This document shows positions 1 to 8,636 of a stretch of 26,355 nt of DNA, piece after piece (the stretch's first letter is position 1; the number at the start of each line of letters is the position of its first letter). Source of the stretch: a bacterium (GTDB taxonomy: Bacteria > SZUA-182 > DTGQ01); assembly GCA_040752695.1 (NCBI GenBank), contig JBFMGO010000087.1:1-26355 (forward strand). The letters run 5' to 3'. The translations under genes were made by a program, and so were the position numbers. A model generated the notes under the pieces. That model did not search any database and was not told the origin of the DNA. It worked only from the letters and a program-made list of their open reading frames with translations.

Positions 1-162
1 TGGCCCTGGACATAGACCATGCTCTGGTCGTAGAGTTCTCATTCCTCTCTGCTCATATTTGATCTACTGGCTATATCAAAGGCCTTTTTGAAGATATCAA
101 CCTGAAGGCTTAAAGATCCTCTTGAACCCGTAATCAGAGCAAGGGTCAGTAAACTCTATGGC
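1..162 (-). pseudogene. Remnant of an Rpn-family / PD-(D/E)XK nuclease (putative transposase) gene with a large internal deletion, a frameshift and an internal stop; runs off the window edge
   Basis: Manual minus-strand translation after an AGGAGGG RBS (~168-174) gives AIEFTDPCSDYGFKRIF, which matches the family N-terminal 'F.DP..D(F/Y)GFKRIF' motif. It is joined out of frame at ~110 to LQVDIFKKAFDIASRSNMSREE*ELYDQSMVYVQG, which resembles the family C-terminal helical region. There is a TGA at 41-39 and no intact ATG. Confidence 0.65.
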
Positions 163-265
163 TTATATCCCTCCTTTCCTACCGATTAATCGTCTCATCT
201 ACCCCTTACTCCTTTATATTCAAGCTACTATTAACTGTACTTTGAGTCCAATCATACGGGTAATT

Positions 266-1423
266 TTACGCTTTTAAAAATGCATCATCTAAAACTTCAG
301 CGCGATAATCAAGATTAACTACCGCCTCATAGACTACTGATTTATGCTTTTTCTTGAAACCCGATACCTTTGCACGATTTAACTCATATAGTGTCGCGTC
401 CTTCCACGCTCCCTTTAGCCTGTTCGACGAATCATTTAGAAAAATTGAATCAGGTCCTCCTACAAACCACACTTCAAAAGGAGTTTCTTCAGGTTTCTCA
501 CCTCTAAAAGGCTTAAACCGCCAAGTACTTGCCGCTTTGGCTAAGAACTCAGGAAGTTGAGAAAATTGCGCCCCAACGATAAAACATGTACGCGGTTTTT
601 CCTGCTCAAATGATGCTGCGAGCACATATCGTTGATTTATCGTAATTGGTAACACTTTGTATTGAGGAATTGACATTACGAGCCGAGGATCATCACTGGC
701 CAATCCAGTAAATTCTATGAGTTCTTTCGCTAGGTCAAAATAGTTGCTTATCCATTTTGAATCGGAAGCAAGTTGAACATATTTTACAAGTTTTCTATGA
801 TCATCTTCGTTAGCTTTTTTGATCATCGAGACATGTCTATGTCCATGATACGCTAATGCTAATTTTGAGTTAATAGTTGGACCAAAAGAGGTTATCTTTT
901 TTTGGTTTTTATCCCTATTATCTAATTGCTCTAACAATATGGACTGGATATACTCTTCCAATTCTCGCTCGTCGACCGAACGATTCTCATTCCATAGACT
1001 GTCAAACCAAAGAGATAATTCCTCCACCTGTGGCTCCTGATCGAGCAGAACGGCAACTTCAGCTCGTTGTCTAATTCCCTTATTTGTAAAATTAGCTGAT
1101 CCAATTATTGCTTTATCTTTAGCAATTATGACTTTTGCGTGAAGAGCTTTATAGTGATGGATATAATTATTATACCTATCAATAAATTCCTTGATTCTTA
1201 TCTGATTATTTTTATCCTTCTGAGAAGAAATCCACTCCTCCAAATCAGTTAGGATTTGCCACGAGCTACTTAATTCAATTAACCTTTGGATATAAGTAAG
1301 GCCAAGGTAAGGACAAGCTATCCGAACATGCTCACCTCTTACAATTTTGATAATTTCCTCATCAAATGGTGAAACGCCGCCAGATGCACTTTCCGCATTA
1401 TGGTATATTAATTTAATTGCCAT
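266..1423 (-). CDS. Phospholipase D (HKD)-superfamily nuclease-domain protein with an uncharacterised C-terminal domain; possible restriction/defence nuclease
   Basis: 385-aa ORF with a single HKD-like motif LHAKVIIAKDKAIIGSANFT followed by the typical Glu (RAEVAV) and an N-terminal 'IACPY' motif. The DNA is AT-rich. Confidence 0.75.
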   Translation of the reverse strand: MAIKLIYHNAESASGGVSPFDEEIIKIVRGEHVRIACPYLGLTYIQRLIELSSSWQILTDLEEWISSQKDKNNQIRIKEFIDRYNNYIHHYKALHAKVIIAKDKAIIGSANFTNKGIRQRAEVAVLLDQEPQVEELSLWFDSLWNENRSVDERELEEYIQSILLEQLDNRDKNQKKITSFGPTINSKLALAYHGHRHVSMIKKANEDDHRKLVKYVQLASDSKWISNYFDLAKELIEFTGLASDDPRLVMSIPQYKVLPITINQRYVLAASFEQEKPRTCFIVGAQFSQLPEFLAKAASTWRFKPFRGEKPEETPFEVWFVGGPDSIFLNDSSNRLKGAWKDATLYELNRAKVSGFKKKHKSVVYEAVVNLDYRAEVLDDAFLKA

Positions 1424-1541
1424 AGTAGCACTGCAAGGGTTCTGAATTTTTCATAAGTTACTATACTTATTTCCTTATTTCCAGAGAACATCCTTATTTA
1501 AAATCAATATCCAAAGACCCCACAACCACCTACTTGAGTGG

Positions 1542-1814
1542 TTAACCTTGCGGAAAATAGCGGTAAATTTCTCTTCTATGCAAGAGCCTGACAAAGATAA
1601 CTGTCTCGCCATCTATAATCAGACCGAGCCTGTAATCTCCAAGCCTTAGGCGATAATAGTATCCCCCTGTCCTTAACCTTTTAAGCCCGCTAAGCTCCAT
1701 GATATTTGCACTCGCTTCAATTGCCTGGATTTTCTCCTTGATTTGATTAAGCAACTGCTTATCCTGGATATTCTTTAGGTCTTTGGCAAAGCTCGCTCTG
1801 AATTCCAATTTCAT
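1542..1814 (-). CDS. relE: Type II toxin, RelE/ParE family
   Basis: 90-aa basic protein with FAKDLK...YYRLRLGDYRLG...FVRLLHRREIYR, typical RelE/StbE motifs. It has an ATGA overlap with the upstream small acidic ORF. Confidence 0.9.
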   Translation of the reverse strand: MKLEFRASFAKDLKNIQDKQLLNQIKEKIQAIEASANIMELSGLKRLRTGGYYYRLRLGDYRLGLIIDGETVIFVRLLHRREIYRYFPQG

Positions 1815-2020
1815 GCTTTGCCTTCCAGCAGATTAAGAATATCCTGTTTGCTTACCGGCTCTGTGCTTTCGCCTTCTTGAATGGCGTGAGCCAAGGCAAT
1901 ATCCTCTAAAGTCTCAGCTAGCAATTCAGAAAAGAGGTCTTTTCGCTCTTCGAGAACTTCGACAAGAGCCTCCTTGAACAGTTCCTTAAGCCTGTCTTCA
2001 TCGATAAGCGTATCTATCAC
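1811..2020 (-). CDS. Putative antitoxin of the RelE-type TA pair
   Basis: Small acidic ORF (…LKELFKEALVEVLEE…EDIALAHAIQEGESTEPVS) translationally coupled to the toxin. The start is probably the GTG at 2020 after GAGGG; the ORF track extends it to 2044. Confidence 0.8.
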   Translation of the reverse strand: MIDTLIDEDRLKELFKEALVEVLEERKDLFSELLAETLEDIALAHAIQEGESTEPVSKQDILNLLEGKA

Positions 2021-2231
2021 CTGCCCTCTAATTTTAATCCACATCTTTGCATTGACTTATGGTTCCTTAAATCAGCGGATCTTTCGCCTTTCAGTCCGCT
2101 TTTTACTCATCTTCCCCAATTCCTCGCCAGTCCTCCCTTACCAGAGGGGGCCTCCCGCCCCCTCCTCTCTTTGCGTACAGCCCCTTCCTTGCTCGCCGCT
2201 TCTCCTCAGTCCGCCCCTCACTCCCACTTCC

Positions 2232-3179
2232 TCACTCCGCCGCAACTTCCGGCCTTGGCCACAGTCCGGCGTCCTTGACAATGGTGGGCACGATTTCTTC
2301 CCATTCCACAGCCATGATGTGCACGCCTTTGATGCCAGGGATCTCGCGCATCTTATGGATCATTTCGACGCAGATTTTCGCGCCCTCGGCCTTGGCGTCT
2401 TGAGCCCCCTCCATTCTGCGGATAAGGTCATCCGGGATGCTCATTCCGGCCACATTGTTCTTCATGTACTGGAGCACTTTCGATGATTTGACGGGCATTA
2501 CTCCGGCCAGGATAGAGACCTTTTCGTGCAGGCCCTGGTCGGTCACCATCTGCATGAAGGTCTTGAACTTGGGCAGGTCGAAGATGCACTGGGTCTGGAC
2601 GAAATCGGCTCCTGCCTTGATTTTTTTGGCCAGCCGCACCACCCGGAATTCGAACGGATCGCCAAAAGGGTTGGAGGCGACTCCCAGAAACATTCTCGGC
2701 TCTATGATATCCGATTTTTTCGTATTGCGGATCTCCTCGCCGCACTGAAAGACCTTTTCATCCCGCATGTTCTTGCACATCTGAACCAGTTGGATGGAAT
2801 CGAGATCATAGACGTTCTTGGACTGGGGATGATTGCCGAAGCTCTGATGATCCCCGCTTAAGCATAAAAGATTCCGCAAGCCCAAAACGTAGGCACCGAG
2901 AACATCGGCCTGCATGGCCAGGCGGTTTCTGTCCCGGCAGGTCATCTGGATAATTGGCTCAAGGCCCTCATCGAGGGCGATTTTCCCGGCTGCAATGCTC
3001 GATACCCTGACGATGGCGGTCTGGTTGTCCGTGATATTCACAGCATCGGCAAATCCGCGAAGGATCGAGGCCTTTTTCTTTATTAACTGGATATCCGCAC
3101 TCTTTGGTGGCCCCAGTTCAGCGGTAGCCACGAATTCCCCCTGATTCAATAATTTTTCAAGACGGCTACCTGCTTTCAT
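2232..3179 (-). CDS. metF: Methylenetetrahydrofolate reductase MetF (MetV-associated type), copy 1
   Basis: Motifs ELGPPK, NITDNQ, QMTCRDRNR, LSGD, GADFVQTQ and GVHIM. The ATG at 3179 overlaps the metV stop (ATGA); an alternative GTG start is at 3185. Confidence 0.92.
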   Translation of the reverse strand: MKAGSRLEKLLNQGEFVATAELGPPKSADIQLIKKKASILRGFADAVNITDNQTAIVRVSSIAAGKIALDEGLEPIIQMTCRDRNRLAMQADVLGAYVLGLRNLLCLSGDHQSFGNHPQSKNVYDLDSIQLVQMCKNMRDEKVFQCGEEIRNTKKSDIIEPRMFLGVASNPFGDPFEFRVVRLAKKIKAGADFVQTQCIFDLPKFKTFMQMVTDQGLHEKVSILAGVMPVKSSKVLQYMKNNVAGMSIPDDLIRRMEGAQDAKAEGAKICVEMIHKMREIPGIKGVHIMAVEWEEIVPTIVKDAGLWPRPEVAAE

Positions 3180-3844
3180 AGACACATATCCTCCCTGATT
3201 ACCTTTCGCGGTCCTCCGTCCCTGCTCGTAGACCAGTTTTTGACAGGCATAATCTCGGCGAGGCTCTCAAGTCTGTTCAGGGCTTTCAGGCGCTCGTAAA
3301 TCAAATGCCAGCCGCAGTCGATGTCTTTATTGATTTCACACTTGCCGTTTTGCGATCCTCCGCAGGGACCGTTCAAAAGGCTCTTCGAGCAGCGTGAGAT
3401 CGGGCAGACTCCGCCGGTTTTATCCAGAATGCATTGGCCGCAGGCCTGGCAGCGCTCGACCCAGACGCCTTGCTTTTCCGGCAGGCCCAGGAGTTTGGTA
3501 TTCAGGGCAGGTATGACCGGCAGTGAGGGGAATTGCTCGGCTATGGTCTGGACACCGATTCCGCAGCCTGTCGAGATGAGAAGGTCATGTCCTTTGACTG
3601 CACTTTTCAAAGCGTCCACAAACTCCTTCTCACACTGACGCTCGATACTGGTTTCGTGCACCTCGGCCTCTTTCCCCTGCACCTTTAAAGCCAGACGCAG
3701 ACCAGAGGCTAAAATGGCCACCTCCTTGGCTCCACCGGCAAGACAAACCGTAACGCAGGTATCGCAGCCGATCACCAGGATATTCTGGCAGCCTTCGATC
3801 ATTTTGACAATTTCCGTTATATCTTTCTGTTCAGCAACAATCAT
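3176..3844 (-). CDS. metV: MetV, Cys-rich (Zn/FeS) MTHFR partner subunit, copy 1
   Basis: Motifs GCDTCVTVCLAGG, RQCE, CGIGVQ and ERCQACGQC...CPISRCSKSLLNGPCGG...KCE...DCGW. It lies directly upstream of metF. Confidence 0.9.
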   Translation of the reverse strand: MIVAEQKDITEIVKMIEGCQNILVIGCDTCVTVCLAGGAKEVAILASGLRLALKVQGKEAEVHETSIERQCEKEFVDALKSAVKGHDLLISTGCGIGVQTIAEQFPSLPVIPALNTKLLGLPEKQGVWVERCQACGQCILDKTGGVCPISRCSKSLLNGPCGGSQNGKCEINKDIDCGWHLIYERLKALNRLESLAEIMPVKNWSTSRDGGPRKVIREDMCL

Positions 3845-3913
3845 CGTTTCACCTTATTTACTTCTCCACTCCCCCTTTTTTCGAGGGGAAGCGCGAGATT
3901 TTTGCCATCTAGT

Positions 3914-4327
3914 CTAAGGTTCCTTTTTTACTGGACTTGGCCCCAGGTTCCTGATACTTTCATTGCCCAGTCGAACCATCTCCACAAATGCAGTCCATTC
4001 CAGTTCGGACAGAAAAAAGAACCGCAGCCGCTCTTTCTCGATCCCGATCTTCTCCAAAAGGGTACTCGTATGATCGATTCTTTTTCCTGCCCGTACGTTC
4101 CCCAACAGAAACTTGCAGCTATCCGGGTGACAGGCAAAGACAAACACCCCGTCAGCACCCTCTTCAAAGGCCTTCAGAATATGGATTATCTCCAGCTTTC
4201 CCGAGCAGGGAAGCCGGCAGATCCTGATGTTGGAAGGGTATCCTTCCTGCTGTGCCCCCGCTATGTCCGCAGCCCGGTAAGCGGAATTTTCGCAACAAAA
4301 TGCCACAATGGCCGGCGTAAAGTCCAT
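3914..4327 (-). CDS. mvhD: MvhD/FlpD-type [2Fe-2S] subunit (methyl-viologen-reducing hydrogenase delta family)
   Basis: Motifs AFCCENSAYRAAD, RLPCSGK, AFEEGADGV, ACHPDSCKF..GN and IGIEKERL. It follows the hdrA-like genes. Confidence 0.92.
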   Translation of the reverse strand: MDFTPAIVAFCCENSAYRAADIAGAQQEGYPSNIRICRLPCSGKLEIIHILKAFEEGADGVFVFACHPDSCKFLLGNVRAGKRIDHTSTLLEKIGIEKERLRFFFLSELEWTAFVEMVRLGNESIRNLGPSPVKKEP

Positions 4328-4332
4328 TAATT

Positions 4333-6144
4333 TTACCTCTCAAGGGTTAGTTCGGAAAAAATCTGATTATCTGAATAATGCACCATTTCAATAGCCTTGG
4401 CCGGACATTCACCGGCACAGATCCCGCACCCCTGACATGCTTCAGGGATAACCTTCGCTCCCCACTTCTGCCCCAGTTCGACCTCTCCGATTTCTATGGC
4501 CTGATGCGGGCAGGAGCGGAAACAGGTCAGGCACAGGGCGCATTTATCGGTGTCGATGACTACCTTTTGCTCGGTCTCCAGGTATCCGCGGGACAAGGTG
4601 GAGTAAACAGCCATGGCTACCGAACGTACATCACCGAGAGCCTCGCAGGTTTCTTCCTTCCCGTGACAGGAGCCGGCCAGGAAGATTCCCTTCTTGTTCG
4701 AAAGATTTGGCTTTAAGTGGATGTTCGCTTCCTGATAGAAGCCGCCCTTGTTCAGATTGACTCTGAGGGCATTTTTCAGACACTCGGTATCTTCGCCGGG
4801 AAGGATTTCATCCTCGAAGACCAGAAGGTCCGCATGGATGATGACAGGACGGGCTGCCCCCTCACTTTCCTGGCTGCCACATACCCCGGCATTTCCCGAT
4901 GCCGCCTTGGCTGAAGGCCGATCCAGGGCAGGATCATGAATCCGGACCGTGATAACGCCCTTTTCGATGCTGACCGTGGGCCCGGAATCTTCCGTAGAGC
5001 GGAAAAACAAAATTCCCGCCTGCCTGGCCTTTTGGTAAAGCGTTTCAATCTGTGTTCCTGAGACGATGATGTCTCTGGCCGCGATCACGACTTCCGCCTT
5101 AAACTGCTTTTTCAGGGCAATCGCTTCATTCAGCGCCATAACGGTGGACCTTTTGGCAAAGCCCTCTGCTTCACCGAGGATAAAGCAGACATATTTGGTC
5201 CTTTTGTCCGCAGTAACGAGGATCTGCTCAAGCGCCCTTCGCTCCCGCGTGACCAGGTCACTCAGGCCTGAAAGGCTGACGATTCTGTGGGAAGGACGCA
5301 AAGCGGTCATCTTTTGGACCGCCCTTTTTTCAGGCTCCGTACTGACCACAATGCTGCCTATATCCAGAATCTTTTCCTGGCCCGCAGTCTCCAAGGTTAC
5401 CCGGAAGGCACCGGGGCCGCCTTTTACCTGCGTAACCTGGCTCGAGGTCAAAATCTCGATCTTTTTATCATCGAGCTCTTTGAGCTTTTGCGTAATCCAG
5501 CCAGAGGAAAACACCTCATCACTCCCTTGTGCACCCTGGGTACAGGGATTCATGAAAGATGCATCCTTCGGGCACACCTTTTCCTGCTTCTCGACGAGAA
5601 TGGGCCTTAAGCCCAGGCCGTGCAGCTCAATGGCCATCTGGATACCCGAAATCCCAGCTCCGATCACCAGAGCCGAAGATTCCACCTTTCTTCTCACCTT
5701 CTCCAGGGGCTTGGCCAAAGCCACCCGCTTTATGGCAGATGAGAGTATCTGCCTGGCCTTTGGCATGCAGCCCTCTTTGTCAGCACATGCCCAGGCGCAC
5801 CCTTCCCGGATATTGGCTATGGTCAAAAAGGAGCGGTTCAACCCCGCTTCTTCAAGCACGTTCATGAAACGCACTTCGTACTGATGGGGAGAGCATCCGG
5901 CAATAACGAACCGGTTGCAGCCGGAGCGGACGATTTTGCTCCTCAGCCATTCAAGGCCGCTCCTGGTGCATAAAAAGCGGTTTTCGTCTACAAAGGCCAC
6001 ACCCGGTACTTGAGCTGCATAATCCATCAGGGCCTTGACATCGAAATAATCATTCATCATATGCCCGCAGGTGCAGAAGAATACCCCGATCTTTACCGGA
6101 ATCCCGTTATTCCCGCCAGTGCAGGAATCCAGATGATTATCCAT
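4333..6144 (-). CDS. hdrA: HdrA-like flavoprotein/FeS protein with a degenerate central cluster region
   Basis: HdrA N-terminal motifs (GVFFCTCG, FLC, IAGCSP, ANIREGCAW), Rossmann ALVIGAGISG, GIFLAGSC and C-terminal 2x[4Fe-4S] (CALCLTCFRSCP, CQGCGICAGECP). The QCVGSR..CS..CC motif is absent. Confidence 0.8.
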   Translation of the reverse strand: MDNHLDSCTGGNNGIPVKIGVFFCTCGHMMNDYFDVKALMDYAAQVPGVAFVDENRFLCTRSGLEWLRSKIVRSGCNRFVIAGCSPHQYEVRFMNVLEEAGLNRSFLTIANIREGCAWACADKEGCMPKARQILSSAIKRVALAKPLEKVRRKVESSALVIGAGISGIQMAIELHGLGLRPILVEKQEKVCPKDASFMNPCTQGAQGSDEVFSSGWITQKLKELDDKKIEILTSSQVTQVKGGPGAFRVTLETAGQEKILDIGSIVVSTEPEKRAVQKMTALRPSHRIVSLSGLSDLVTRERRALEQILVTADKRTKYVCFILGEAEGFAKRSTVMALNEAIALKKQFKAEVVIAARDIIVSGTQIETLYQKARQAGILFFRSTEDSGPTVSIEKGVITVRIHDPALDRPSAKAASGNAGVCGSQESEGAARPVIIHADLLVFEDEILPGEDTECLKNALRVNLNKGGFYQEANIHLKPNLSNKKGIFLAGSCHGKEETCEALGDVRSVAMAVYSTLSRGYLETEQKVVIDTDKCALCLTCFRSCPHQAIEIGEVELGQKWGAKVIPEACQGCGICAGECPAKAIEMVHYSDNQIFSELTLER

Positions 6145-7462
6145 GACATACCTCCTCCAAGCCCTTTTTCTTCAGCCCCCTCAAGAAGGCAACTGCCCGG
6201 AGAGCCGCCTCCTGGCCATGCGAAACGGATTCGACCAGGCTCTTTGGCCCCTGGCACGTGCCTGCAAGAAAGATCCCCGGCCGAGAGCTGACCGTCGAAT
6301 CCAGTAGATTCAAAGGAGCAAAGAATCCATCCCTGCCGGTCCTGAGACATAGGGTTTCGGCTAAAATCTGATTTTGCACAGCAGGGCTGATTCCCACCGA
6401 CAGAACCACCAGGTCAAAATCAGCACTCTCCATGCACCCCTTATCGATATTCTCATACCGCATTGAAACACCGGCTCCATTTCCCGCCTTTTCGATTTCT
6501 ACGGGGAGCCCCTTGATTAAGCTGATTTTCCCCCTCACCTGCTCGACGAGTGATAAAAACTCGCTTTCCGTTTTCTGCAGGTCGATGTAAAAAATAGTCA
6601 CTTCAGCATCACTGATCTGAGATTTGAGTTTGGCGGCCATGCGCACCGCGTATTTACAGCAAACTCTCGAGCAGTAATCCTGACTTATGTGCGGATCGCG
6701 GGAGCCAACACACTGAATGAAAGCTATCCTGGGGGGCATGTGCTCTTTCCCCTCCCTGGTAAGCGGACCGAAAAAGGCGCTGGCCCTTCCTGCAAGCAGC
6801 CTTTGCTCCAGGTCAAGCCCTGTAATCACCTCAGGGAGTCGGCCATAGCCAAGATGCCCTTTCTTTCGTGCATCATAGGCTGTAAAGCCGGTAGCCACAA
6901 CAAGAGCCGAGGCATGCAGGATTGTCGTTTCCTCTTTCTGGTTCAGGAAGATGGCCCCTGCCGGGCAATTGTCCTCACACAGGGCACAGCCGGTCTCCTG
7001 CTGAAAGGCCAGACAGTGGTTCCGGTCAATGGAAAACACATTCGGGATGGAAGACAGATAGGGCCGGCTGATGGCGATTCCAGGCTTCGGGCAGCTCTGA
7101 TAGCACAGAGAGCAGGCAATGCATTTATCTTCATCGATGAACCGCGGCTGCTTTCGAACATCAACTTCGAAAGAGACGCCGCCGTCTTTCAGCCTCACCT
7201 CGCGCACTCCCACCACTTCGGAGTGGGTCAAAAGGTGAATGTTGGGCGAGGATGCGGCCCTGGTGACCTTATCTTTAGCCAGGCAGACGCCGCAACTGTT
7301 GCATTGCTCGGTAGCCTTGCAGCAGAAGCTCAAAGCGTGGCCGCCAATACTTGATTTCTTTTCGACAACATACACTTCGTAGCCATTATCAGCCAGGGAG
7401 AGGGCAGAACTTACCCCGGCAATCCCGCCGCCGATAACAATGGCTTTGTCCTGATCGTTCAA
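6137..7462 (-). CDS. hdrA: HdrA-like FAD core protein lacking the N- and C-terminal HdrA FeS domains
   Basis: Rossmann VIGGGIAG, inserted ferredoxin (CIACSLCYQSCP; C...GCALCEDNCP), VATGF, IQCVGSRD...YCSRVCC, DLVVLSVG and GIFLAGTCQGPK. TTG start after an AAGGAGG RBS. Confidence 0.85.
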   Translation of the reverse strand: MNDQDKAIVIGGGIAGVSSALSLADNGYEVYVVEKKSSIGGHALSFCCKATEQCNSCGVCLAKDKVTRAASSPNIHLLTHSEVVGVREVRLKDGGVSFEVDVRKQPRFIDEDKCIACSLCYQSCPKPGIAISRPYLSSIPNVFSIDRNHCLAFQQETGCALCEDNCPAGAIFLNQKEETTILHASALVVATGFTAYDARKKGHLGYGRLPEVITGLDLEQRLLAGRASAFFGPLTREGKEHMPPRIAFIQCVGSRDPHISQDYCSRVCCKYAVRMAAKLKSQISDAEVTIFYIDLQKTESEFLSLVEQVRGKISLIKGLPVEIEKAGNGAGVSMRYENIDKGCMESADFDLVVLSVGISPAVQNQILAETLCLRTGRDGFFAPLNLLDSTVSSRPGIFLAGTCQGPKSLVESVSHGQEAALRAVAFLRGLKKKGLEEVCHG

Positions 7463-7517
7463 GGTCTGAAACCTCCTTTACGAGAAGCTGTCGGCATGTA
7501 ACATTTTCGTGAAAAGA

Positions 7518-7651
7518 AGAATTCAAAGAGTCAAGAGCAAAACTATCTTACATCCCCCCCTGCCCCCTTCAAAAAGGAGTGCTTTCCTTACTGCCGGCTT
7601 TTATCCTGACCTCTGTCTATACTCATTCAGACTCCTGACTCTTTGAATTCT
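7518..7651. repeat. Intergenic inverted repeat with a perfect 16-bp arm, plus degenerate heptamer repeats
   Basis: AGAATTCAAAGAGTCA (7518-7533) is the exact reverse complement of TGACTCTTTGAATTCT (7636-7651). CTGACTC-like units continue to 7680. Confidence 0.75.
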
Positions 7652-7680
7652 GACTCCTGTTCTTTGATTCTGACTTCTGA

Positions 7681-8604
7681 TCAATGAATTTCTGTCTCCT
7701 GGTTCGTCAGTCCCGCTCCATCCAGGATAGCCGGGATTTTCCCCTCAAGACCTATGGCCATGATGTGCACACCCGCGCACATACCCTGCACCTTTTGTAT
7801 CTGACGGCTGGCTATCCGGATTCCAGCTTCCAGGGGATCGGCCGAAGATTCCAATTCTTTGATCAAATGATCCGGCACCGTTACACCGGGGACATTCTGA
7901 TTGAGATACCGGGCCATGCCCGCAGACCGCAAAAGAAGAATCCCTGCCAGGATTGTGGCGCTAAGGTCATTGGCATATTTCATAAATCGTTCAAATTTCG
8001 TAAGGTCATAGATAGCCTGGGTCTGAAAAAATCTGGCTCCAGCGGCAACCTTTTTAGAAAACCGTACAAGGTGCGGCTCTAATGGGGAGGCTTCCGGATT
8101 CACCATGGCTCCGGGAAAAAGGTCGGTACTTCCCTCCAGGGCCGTGCCATTGGGCAGGGGCTTGTTCGCCATGGACCTGGTAGAAAAGTCACGCCCCTCG
8201 TTCAGGCGTCCGATGACCTGCAAAAGCTGTGTGGAATCAAGATCGAATACGGGCTTAGCCTGCGGATGGTCGCCCACTTTCGTGTGATCGCCGGTCAGAA
8301 CCAGGACATTTCTGATACCCAGCACGCTGGCACTGAGCAAGTCGGATTGCAGAGCGAGGCGGTTTCGGTCACGGCAGGTTATCTGATAGATAGGATCAAA
8401 GCCCTCCTCTTTGAGCAGATGGCAGGCAGCCAGGGAGCCGAGTCTCATAACCGAGCTCTGATTATCGGTCACATTGATTCCATGCACTCTCCCTTTCAGC
8501 TTATCTGCATGGGCCAGCATTTTTGAGACGTCGGTACCCTTCGGAGGGGCGATTTCGGCTGTAATGGTAAACTGTTTTTTTTCCAAGGCTTGCTGAAAGC
8601 CCAT
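7681..8604 (-). CDS. metF: Methylenetetrahydrofolate reductase MetF, copy 2
   Basis: Motifs EIAPPKG, NVTDNQ, QITCRDRNR, LTGD, FDLDS, FFQTQ and GVHIM. Confidence 0.92.
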   Translation of the reverse strand: MGFQQALEKKQFTITAEIAPPKGTDVSKMLAHADKLKGRVHGINVTDNQSSVMRLGSLAACHLLKEEGFDPIYQITCRDRNRLALQSDLLSASVLGIRNVLVLTGDHTKVGDHPQAKPVFDLDSTQLLQVIGRLNEGRDFSTRSMANKPLPNGTALEGSTDLFPGAMVNPEASPLEPHLVRFSKKVAAGARFFQTQAIYDLTKFERFMKYANDLSATILAGILLLRSAGMARYLNQNVPGVTVPDHLIKELESSADPLEAGIRIASRQIQKVQGMCAGVHIMAIGLEGKIPAILDGAGLTNQETEIH

Positions 8605-8636
8605 CCCAACCTCACTTACTTCTTATTCACTCTCTC

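Noticed and set aside
3914..7462. Selenocysteine recoding in mvhD or hdrA
   Set aside because: The reading frames are open and the expected positions are Cys codons. No in-frame TGA needs readthrough.
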